In this document: piece by piece, positions 54,487 through 61,340 of the stretch
Position numbering within the stretch: the stretch's first letter is position 1
Layout: every line of letters begins with the position of its first letter
Source: Candidatus Woesebacteria bacterium UBA5941
GTDB taxonomy: Bacteria > Patescibacteriota > Microgenomatia > UBA8517
NCBI GenBank assembly: GCA_002430735.1
Contig: DJCV01000004.1
Span: 25,747 to 87,086, forward strand
Direction: 5' to 3'
DNA: 61,340 bases
The notes under the pieces: model-generated
The model's input: only the letters and a program-made list of their open reading frames with translations
The model's database searches: none
Told to the model about the DNA's origin: nothing
Translations under genes and position numbers: made by a program

Positions 54487-55526
54487 ATAAAAAATCCTCC
54501 CAAAAGTGCTGTAACTCCAAGTATAGTATACAGCTTGTCGACAGCATGAATATTGAGTGCAATTGTTCCCAGAAGTGCTGTAACCAGCCAGTAGAATACA
54601 GCGGTCTTTTCTTGGCTTAAGCCAAGATCAATAAGCTTATGGTGCAAGTGACCTCGATCCCCCCATACTGGAGATTTCTTCTGTGAGATCCGACGGATGA
54701 TTTGATACATGGTATCGATGAGTGGTACACCAAGAACTACGAGTAATGTGCCTACTTTCGTTGTGGTAAGGATTGCAAGAATTGCGAGTAAATACCCTGC
54801 AACAGTAGATCCCCCAAATCCAGGCATTATTCGTTGTGGATGAATGTGCCATGGGAGAAACCCAAGATATGCACCTGCTGTTATGCTTGCGAGAATTATG
54901 ACCGGCCATTCAGCGATGTCAGCCGAAAACTGTAGTGACAAGAGCGCAACTACGACTGCGGCAATGCCTACGACCCCGGACAGCTGGCCTGGAACTCCCT
55001 TTGCACCCATGTTGGTAAAATTCATAAGTGAAACAATCCAAAAGAGCGCAAAAATATCAGAGAGTATCCATATGGTACGTACTTCACCAAGTAGAAAAAA
55101 AGAAAATTGTGGTTGAGAGAGATCAATTATCCCCCCAAGTGGATTTGAAATATATGCAATTCCAATTCCTGATGCAATAGGAAGCGCTGCTGCAATAAAC
55201 TGAAAAAAAAGCCGAATATACGGACTTAAATTGAACCGATCATCGATAAGTCCCATAACTGTAAGTAGTAATACCCCTGCTAATATCGCAGCAATATGGC
55301 TATCTAGTGGTAAAAAGAAGAGTGAGACCAGAAGGAGGGTAATACTGATTCCAAGTACTCCCCCTCGTGGAGTCGCGACTGTGTGGATGACTTTTGGGTG
55401 CTTGTTTGTCTTTGGGTCATCAATTAAATGAAAGCGACGTGCAAAGTATATAGACAGTGGCGCGAGAATAAGTGACAAAACAAAAGCGCTTGTAAACGGA
55501 GCAAGGAATAAATAAGTGAATTGCAT
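54462..55526 (-). CDS. Polyprenyl-phosphate N-acetylhexosamine-1-phosphate transferase (MraY/WecA family, GT4-type)
   Basis: FHLIDDPKTNKHPKVIHTVATPRGGVLGI...GLIDDRFNLSP...NFTNMGAKGVPG... 354 aa with about 10 TM segments. Confidence 0.75.
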   Translation of the reverse strand: MQFTYLFLAPFTSAFVLSLILAPLSIYFARRFHLIDDPKTNKHPKVIHTVATPRGGVLGISITLLLVSLFFLPLDSHIAAILAGVLLLTVMGLIDDRFNLSPYIRLFFQFIAAALPIASGIGIAYISNPLGGIIDLSQPQFSFFLLGEVRTIWILSDIFALFWIVSLMNFTNMGAKGVPGQLSGVVGIAAVVVALLSLQFSADIAEWPVIILASITAGAYLGFLPWHIHPQRIMPGFGGSTVAGYLLAILAILTTTKVGTLLVVLGVPLIDTMYQIIRRISQKKSPVWGDRGHLHHKLIDLGLSQEKTAVFYWLVTALLGTIALNIHAVDKLYTILGVTALLGGFFIWGKTRFK

Positions 55527-55529
55527 CGA

Positions 55530-55874
55530 TTATAAGTTACCTACAAGCATCATTATTTTGAGAACTGTTATTGTTGAGAGAATTGTGAGGATCACACTAC
55601 TCCAGACAAGCAATGAACTGAGAAAATCATCCTTGTAGCTTTTTGTGATAATACTGTTCATTAAAAGAAATACGAGACAAAATCCTGGAGGAATAAAGAG
55701 CCCTGAAACAGGGCCGAGCTGCTCTGCCCCTTCGACATTCCCGTAATAGAGTGGCACTTGTGGAGGGAGCTTCGCGAGGTTAATCCACACAAATACCATA
55801 AGCAAGACATTGACTGCAAAAGTCAGAAATACTGTCTTTTTCCAGGAGAATATACCTTCTTCAAAGAGCTTCAT
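55530..55874 (-). CDS. Small integral membrane protein (4 TM) of the glycan operon
   Basis: 114 aa, hydrophobic. 4-nt overlap with the upstream GT-C gene. Confidence 0.5.
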   Translation of the reverse strand: MKLFEEGIFSWKKTVFLTFAVNVLLMVFVWINLAKLPPQVPLYYGNVEGAEQLGPVSGLFIPPGFCLVFLLMNSIITKSYKDDFLSSLLVWSSVILTILSTITVLKIMMLVGNL

Positions 55875-57346
55875 TGCTTAGTATTGTACCAAACTGCAGC
55901 TCCATTCATGCGATGAATCTCTGTATACATCTCTTCCGTAAAGCTTAAGAGCTCCTCAGGAAGAGCCGCTTCTGAAAGAATAACAACCATGGCGGGTGGT
56001 GCTTTTCGTAATGCCGAGAGTGTCTCCTCCACTGAAGAGAAATCTCGAATATGGTAGTCGGCAACATATTTAATCGGTGGGAGTCTATTGCTCAGCGCAT
56101 ATATCGCAGAACTATCCCCCCACACAAAAACGCGGTCATTAATGCCTGTTCGGGTTTTAATATAATTTGCTACTTCATAGTTTCTATTGGTGTGATCTCC
56201 AAACTCATTTAAATACTCGAGGCTAAATCCGCTATTTACATAGGTTTGGAATCTTCTAACATAATGGCTTGTCGAATAATTCCAAAAGCCAAAATAAACC
56301 GGCACAAAAAACAAGAGTGTGAGCGGGAAAATTACGAGTGCTTGCTCCTTTGTTTCGTCTGTAAAGAGTAATCCTAATAATAATGAGAACGACGGGAGTA
56401 ACTGAACAAAATAGTGAGGGTATGGGCGTTCAGATAGCGTTGCTGCAAATAAGCTGGTTGCGACCCAGAGACATCCCAAAACGAAAACAGTAGAACGTCT
56501 TCGTTTTGTGAAGAAGAGCACAATACCAATTGCTAATACGACAATACCCCTCAGAAGTATTGGACCGTTTTTAACAAGAAATGGGACTTGTGCTGTCGCT
56601 TGTCCTCTCCATGTATTTACATACCCAAAATTTTGTAGAAACGCTGCCGTGAGGTATTCAGAGAACGATCCTTTTAATGCATACCAGACGAAAGTGATCG
56701 TCATAGGGAGTGCAATTCCAAGCCCAAAGCAGATGGACTTTGTAAGAAACAATCGAATGCTCTTTTTATTTGGTTGAAGTGCAAAGATCCATAGCCCTAC
56801 AATTACGCCTGCGTCAAATATTGAAGGGATTTTGAAAAGTGCTGCAATAGCTATCAATACTCCTGCAGCAAAAGCTCTCACGAGGGAATTGTTCTTCCAA
56901 ATTAAGTAAAAAGCTCCAACGGTTGGAGCAATCATAAAGAGTTCTGCATTTGCGATGTGTCCTTCGAAGAATGGCAGTGAAGTAAGCACGGCAAAACAGA
57001 CCGTGCTTGCTATTGCAGATCGATTGCTCTTAAAAAGAGCACGACAAAAATGCCAGAACAAGATGGTTGTTGCCATCATCCAGAGCGCGAGGATAACTCT
57101 AAAAGTAAATACATTACCTGCGATTGCGGCAAGGTAATATAGAAGCGGAGGCTTATTGTCGTGGACATCTTTGTACAAGGTCATTCCTCGCCGCACACCC
57201 TCGCCAAGATCTAGATAGATCATTTCGTCACCGTAGTAAAATGGTTCGACAAATGAAGGAATTCGTACAATAAAAACAAACACAATTACCACAATGAGCC
57301 AATATGGAAGCAAGGTAACTGAAGGTAATCGAAAAATCCTCTTCAC
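55871..57346 (-). CDS. GT-C fold glycosyltransferase (ArnT/PMT, family 39-like)
   Basis: N-terminal loop YYGDEMIYLDLGEGVRRGMTLYKDVHDNKPPLLYYL (DE motif after TM1, typical of GT39/GT83), about 11 TM segments, and a soluble C-domain. Confidence 0.7.
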   Translation of the reverse strand: MKRIFRLPSVTLLPYWLIVVIVFVFIVRIPSFVEPFYYGDEMIYLDLGEGVRRGMTLYKDVHDNKPPLLYYLAAIAGNVFTFRVILALWMMATTILFWHFCRALFKSNRSAIASTVCFAVLTSLPFFEGHIANAELFMIAPTVGAFYLIWKNNSLVRAFAAGVLIAIAALFKIPSIFDAGVIVGLWIFALQPNKKSIRLFLTKSICFGLGIALPMTITFVWYALKGSFSEYLTAAFLQNFGYVNTWRGQATAQVPFLVKNGPILLRGIVVLAIGIVLFFTKRRRSTVFVLGCLWVATSLFAATLSERPYPHYFVQLLPSFSLLLGLLFTDETKEQALVIFPLTLLFFVPVYFGFWNYSTSHYVRRFQTYVNSGFSLEYLNEFGDHTNRNYEVANYIKTRTGINDRVFVWGDSSAIYALSNRLPPIKYVADYHIRDFSSVEETLSALRKAPPAMVVILSEAALPEELLSFTEEMYTEIHRMNGAAVWYNTKQ

Positions 57347-57353
57347 CTTTTCA

Positions 57354-58391
57354 CTATAACACGCCTAATTGTTCTCGACGGGTGGATGTCTTTCCAGACT
57401 TTAAAAAGGCTGGCGTAGAACCATTTAGATTATTCAGAATAAGACGACGTAATATCTCGTCAAAATCTACACCATACAAACTTAAAATTGTTCCTATATC
57501 GCACTCTGATTCAATAGGACCAAGCGCACAATTGGGATTTGCATCAATAAAGTAGAATTCACCAGAGCTTGTCATTCGAATATCAAACTTCGCGTAATCA
57601 TCCATACGAAGAACGGTATATGCTTTCTTAACAAGCTCTTTGAGCTTCTCCGTTGGCTGGAACTTTTTGTAGTGGAATCCTGTAACCGCACCAGTCCAGA
57701 CCGCGTCAAATGTCAATATGTTATATTTGGTCGTTGCCCATTCTCCATCGAGTATTTTCTCTCCGGTATATACCTTCTTCTTGACGCCTTCTAACAGCAC
57801 CGCTGCAATCTCACGCCCCTCAATATATTCCGAGACTAATACTTCGTCGTGGTATGTGTTTATTAAGAACTTTAGTCGCGCTCTTAACTCTTTTTCGTTC
57901 TCTGAAATTGCTGAGGCATTTATCTCTATACTTCCATGAATACTGTTTAACTTTGATATGACCGGATATGAGATGTCAGGGTGAATTGGTTCTTTGTAGG
58001 TGCTAAACAATTGATATTTTGGAACTTTAATTCCTGCATGTTCAAGGAGTGTATTTGTCAAAAACTTATTAGTTGAAAGTGCAAGACCAAGTTCACCAGT
58101 ACCTGTATATGGCACATTTATGATTTCGAGTCCTGCTGCGATCGTACTTGCAAGGTACTCCTCTCCTCGCAGTGAATCAGCAAGATTAAAGACGATGAGA
58201 GGTTTAATGCGTTTTACTACTTCAATAAAATCGCTATCACCTGGTAACACAAAAACAGAGAATCCGAATTTCTGAAGATACTTCTCGATAATGCGAGCCC
58301 TGCCTTCTACTTCTACTTCTGCAATGTATTGTTGCTCTGTTAAAAAGTACTCACGTTTTGCATCTGAGAAAAGGATGACAGCAGAAAACAT
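57354..58391 (-). CDS. ATP-grasp ligase of the D-alanine--D-alanine ligase family
   Basis: 345 aa. The N-domain lacks the canonical Ddl start, but the central and C-terminal regions show an ATP-grasp layout (...KFLTNTLLEHAGIKVPKY...VLVSEYIEGREI...YFIDANPNCALGP). Confidence 0.55.
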   Translation of the reverse strand: MFSAVILFSDAKREYFLTEQQYIAEVEVEGRARIIEKYLQKFGFSVFVLPGDSDFIEVVKRIKPLIVFNLADSLRGEEYLASTIAAGLEIINVPYTGTGELGLALSTNKFLTNTLLEHAGIKVPKYQLFSTYKEPIHPDISYPVISKLNSIHGSIEINASAISENEKELRARLKFLINTYHDEVLVSEYIEGREIAAVLLEGVKKKVYTGEKILDGEWATTKYNILTFDAVWTGAVTGFHYKKFQPTEKLKELVKKAYTVLRMDDYAKFDIRMTSSGEFYFIDANPNCALGPIESECDIGTILSLYGVDFDEILRRLILNNLNGSTPAFLKSGKTSTRREQLGVL

Positions 58392-58457
58392 ATGTGAGTC
58401 ATGTTTAATGAAATTGCGTATAAATGCAAGTACTTAAAAATTGAATGATGAAGAAAA

Positions 58458-59954
58458 TCACACTTTTTCGGTCACTTTATACTCGATGTACTTTCCGAGC
58501 ATTAACCGTGTGTGAGCATCAAGGCCAGGAAGTGCTCCAAAAACAAACCCTGTAAGTGGCATAAGTATAAATTCAAGTGGGGTAAGGAGTGCACGCCAGA
58601 GAGGGAAATGTGCAGGTCTCTTTGGCTTATATATATTGTCTAGGATAATCATTACAACGAGAAATGCTAACCCGATTGTTAGTAAAAATGATGATACTTG
58701 TGGTACGAAATATCCGAGTGTTGTTCGTCCGAATGCTGGGTTTAGCAACGTTGGAAGTGTTAATCCGATTGTTATGATAAACCAATTGACTGGCCACAAA
58801 AAGTGAGACCAAATGAATGTCAAAAATCGCGTCGTCTTGTCAAAAAACGGCGCTGGTGACTTTAAGTATGCAAGTACAATCCACGGATGATCACTCACTC
58901 CCCAAGCCCATCGTTTTAACTGTTCATATTGAACCTTTAACGTTTTAAATGTTGTTGTTGATTGCGCAGCATCGGTGTAGACCGGAAGATATATCGGTTC
59001 AACTTCAACACCACCCCCTACTTTAAAGAATGACTTAAAGAAGATTCCCCAATCTTCTGGGATTTTATCAGGGTCCCAATATCCGGCTTCAACGAGCAAC
59101 TTAAAGGATAACGAATAATTTTGTCCGTTAATTAACCGATCACGACGAGGCAGTTGAGACAGATTCCAAATAGACATAAACGTGTTCGGTACACGGGTTA
59201 ATGCAGGAAGCTCCCAAATATTGTTGTAAAAAAGAACGGCAGGTTGCCAGAATCGGCGATACCTATTTGGGTTATCTAAAAATTTATACGTAAGAGCTGC
59301 AAAATGGTTTTTGTGGTACACGTGGTCTGCGTCACAACTCGTGATCGTCATGTAATTAATATCTTCACCCTGTTTGTCGACGAGTAATTCCTTTAGCTCT
59401 ATTGCTGCATACCGTTCGTTCGAAGACTTCCCTACAATTTCACCTTCAGTTAGTGTATGAACAGTCACCAAAAAATCACGGAATGTTTTTCCAAATTTTG
59501 CTTTTAAGAGTGCGACTTTCTCTTCTCTCTCTTTTTTGTCTTCCTTCGTTTCCATTGCAAGAACAATTGTCATGTTTTTCCCGGGAAGTGTTTGCTGTGC
59601 CAGGGATTCAATCGTTCGCTCAAGTGTTCTAATAGGCTCCTTATAAGTAGGGATAATTACAATATGGTTGACATGTTTCCAATCCGGAAATAAATCGAGA
59701 TCTTTTACCCAATCATATTTCATTGATGCTTGGACCCGTAAATGAGATACGGTCGCGCTTACCGCAATTGTGAATGACTGATAAAACCAATAAATATTAA
59801 AAATAAGGATGAAGTATGCGACTGCGTTAGGAATGATGAAGATCCCCCAGTACGGGAATAAGATTATATTCCATGAAACAAAACCTGGAAGAATTTCCAG
59901 GATACGCAAGACAAATCGCTCGTGGCGTGCAACCCACGATTTTGACGTAAGCAT
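58458..59954 (-). CDS. Processive membrane glycosyltransferase family 2 (cellulose/chitin/hyaluronan-synthase-like)
   Basis: N-terminal TM segments, VIIPTYKEPIRTLERTIESLAQQT, TSCDADH (DxD), YEQLKRWAWG (QxxRW), and C-terminal TM segments. Confidence 0.75.
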   Translation of the reverse strand: MLTSKSWVARHERFVLRILEILPGFVSWNIILFPYWGIFIIPNAVAYFILIFNIYWFYQSFTIAVSATVSHLRVQASMKYDWVKDLDLFPDWKHVNHIVIIPTYKEPIRTLERTIESLAQQTLPGKNMTIVLAMETKEDKKEREEKVALLKAKFGKTFRDFLVTVHTLTEGEIVGKSSNERYAAIELKELLVDKQGEDINYMTITSCDADHVYHKNHFAALTYKFLDNPNRYRRFWQPAVLFYNNIWELPALTRVPNTFMSIWNLSQLPRRDRLINGQNYSLSFKLLVEAGYWDPDKIPEDWGIFFKSFFKVGGGVEVEPIYLPVYTDAAQSTTTFKTLKVQYEQLKRWAWGVSDHPWIVLAYLKSPAPFFDKTTRFLTFIWSHFLWPVNWFIITIGLTLPTLLNPAFGRTTLGYFVPQVSSFLLTIGLAFLVVMIILDNIYKPKRPAHFPLWRALLTPLEFILMPLTGFVFGALPGLDAHTRLMLGKYIEYKVTEKV

Positions 59955-59971
59955 AGCTGTATTTTACCAGA

Positions 59972-60325
59972 CTACTTGCCTACAATGCGCATTATTCGAT
60001 TACTGATGCGTTCTGCCCACTCGTTAGCCTCGAGTATCTTTATGGCAATTTCTATTCCTGGTTGAGTTATTGAATCTTGAACCGATGCTATTGTTGCACT
60101 GCTAACTTTTATTTGGCTTTTTATTTCTTTGTAACTTCGCTTTTTTTTCAACCAATAGATAATCGCAAGTCGTTTTGAAAATACTTCAAACTCTTTTTCG
60201 CTTAAAAAGTCACGCAAGAATATATCCATGTCTTTCTCTTTCTGAATATCTGAAAGCAGTTGAGGAAGCAAATGTTCTATCTCATCCTTTAATTCAGGAT
60301 CGAGTGGTGAATCGGATGTTCTCAT
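59972..60325 (-). CDS. TrpR-like YerC/YecD family DNA-binding protein
   Basis: LSEKEFEVFSKRLAIIYWLKKKRSYKEIKSQIKVSSATIASV is the Trp-repressor-type HTH. Confidence 0.7.
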   Translation of the reverse strand: MRTSDSPLDPELKDEIEHLLPQLLSDIQKEKDMDIFLRDFLSEKEFEVFSKRLAIIYWLKKKRSYKEIKSQIKVSSATIASVQDSITQPGIEIAIKILEANEWAERISNRIMRIVGK

Positions 60326-60358
60326 GGGCAGTTCGAATTATTAAACCACTAGTAGCTC

Positions 60359-60694
60359 TTATTTGTAAAACAGAAGAAAACTTACGGTAATCGCGAGAAG
60401 AAGACCACTGTTTAAGAAACTATTCATATCAACCATTTTTAAAATGAGAAATACGCAAACAGATAATGACAATATTAGGCTCATTGCAACAGTTCGTTTG
60501 AATGTCCTGAGAACTGAAAAAACAAACGCCATGAGAAGTACAAAAAAGAGAAGAACCACAAACGCATTTGAAGGAGGAACTAAAAAAACCACTGCAAGTA
60601 TCACGATAAGCAAAATACATGAAGAAACGAACCAGTAGCTGATTTCAGGAAAAGTAAATGACGATATGTGCTTTCTTTGGATTTTTTTTCGCAT
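60359..60694 (-). CDS. Small integral membrane protein (3 TM)
   Basis: The tracked ORF runs to 60721. The internal ATG at 60694 (MRKKIQRKH...) avoids overlap with the divergent rmuC start. Confidence 0.45.
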   Translation of the reverse strand: MRKKIQRKHISSFTFPEISYWFVSSCILLIVILAVVFLVPPSNAFVVLLFFVLLMAFVFSVLRTFKRTVAMSLILSLSVCVFLILKMVDMNSFLNSGLLLAITVSFLLFYK

Positions 60695-60708
60695 GGTAGT
60701 ATGAGTAG

Positions 60709-61340
60709 ATGGAATTTGCATTACTACTCATCGTTATTATCGCAGGTTTTTTGATTTTAGGGACTATATTTTCACGAAAACAAACAAACACTGATCTCGT
60801 TGAGCTTGTGAAGATTTTGCAACGGGGCTCTCAAGAGGATCGTGAACTATTAATGAAAACACTTTCAAATACTACTCTATCCTTTAATACCCGACTTGAC
60901 GCTACTGCAACATCTCTTTCCCAATTACAAAGACACTTAGGGGAAATGAATGAAATGGGTAAGCAAATAAAAGAAGTGCAAGAATTTCTGCTATCTCCGA
61001 AACTGAGGGGTAACCTTGGGGAACATGTGTTATCGGAGTTATTGTCACAAATGCTCCCAAAAGGCAGTTTTCATCTACAGTACAGCTATCGCTCCGGCGA
61101 GAAAGTTGACGCTGCTATTCAGACGAGTAACGGCATTATTCCGATTGATGCCAAATTTCCGATGGCTAATTTTAGGCGATATATGAAAAGTGATGATAAA
61201 GCAGAAAAAGTCATGTATAAAAGCGGTTTTATAAAAGATATAAAGCTGCACATAGATTCTATTGCCAAGAAGTATATTTTGCCAGAAGAAGGAACTATTG
61301 ATTACGCGCTTATGTATGTGCCTGTCTCTTATACACATCT
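60709..61340 (+). CDS. rmuC: DNA recombination protein RmuC, 3'-truncated by the contig end (last 19 nt are adapter)
   Basis: Own translation from ATG 60709: MEFALLLIVIIAGFLILGTIFS...LRGNLGEHVLSELLSQMLPKGSFHLQYSYRSGEKVDAAIQTSNGIIPIDAKFPMANF...GTIDYALMYVP. There is no stop before the window end, so it is missing from the ORF track. Confidence 0.85.
   Translation, partial: MEFALLLIVIIAGFLILGTIFSRKQTNTDLVELVKILQRGSQEDRELLMKTLSNTTLSFNTRLDATATSLSQLQRHLGEMNEMGKQIKEVQEFLLSPKLRGNLGEHVLSELLSQMLPKGSFHLQYSYRSGEKVDAAIQTSNGIIPIDAKFPMANFRRYMKSDDKAEKVMYKSGFIKDIKLHIDSIAKKYILPEEGTIDYALMYVPVSYTH
61322..61340. other. Illumina Nextera transposase mosaic-end adapter CTGTCTCTTATACACATCT; not biological sequence
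   Basis: Exact 19-mer at the 3' end of the window. Confidence 0.95.

Noticed and set aside
61075-61338. 87-aa minus-strand ORF starting MCIRDRH...
   Set aside because: Its first codons are the translated Nextera mosaic end (ATGTGTATAAGAGACAG gives MCIRDR). The rest is antisense to a well-supported rmuC reading frame. It is an artefact.

Overview
This 61.3 kb contig looks like it comes from a small-genome, CPR/Patescibacteria-like bacterium using the standard genetic code (TGA acts as a stop). That assignment is an inference from gene content and cannot be verified here. Both contig ends carry Illumina Nextera mosaic-end adapter sequence, so the terminal bases are artefacts.

The window has three parts.

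(1) Positions 1-25811. A truncated SpoIID-like gene is followed by a ~24 kb type IV secretion (T4SS)-like locus. The locus holds nine paralogous two-TM pilin-like genes, two of them fused to large Cys-rich extracellular modules. An embedded four-gene glycosylation cassette interrupts the pilin series. The remaining genes are a VirB6-like polytopic protein, a PrgI/VirB3-like protein, a VirB4 ATPase preceded by a stand-alone VirB4-N-like ORF, an HExxH membrane protein, and a 1091-aa secreted protein with a C-terminal lytic-transglycosylase-like domain. No relaxase, coupling protein, VirB11 or integrase is visible.

(2) Positions 25826-30886. This is the replication origin neighbourhood: dnaN, an oriC with DnaA boxes and a DnaA-trio-like run, dnaA, then divergent rpmH-rnpA-yidD-yidC-jag.

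(3) Positions 30883-61340. Housekeeping and envelope genes: valS, tsaD, rplY, groES/groEL with a CIRCE-like operator, dprA, tRNA-Cys, rmuC, VanW, M23 peptidase and DUF4012. A minus-strand envelope-glycan cluster is also here (UbiA/DPPR-synthase-like, WecA/MraY-like, GT-C, ATP-grasp, processive GT2).

The most interesting signal is the relaxase-less T4SS-like machine with its diversified pilin array, which sits directly beside oriC. No CRISPR array, rRNA or obvious mobile element was seen.
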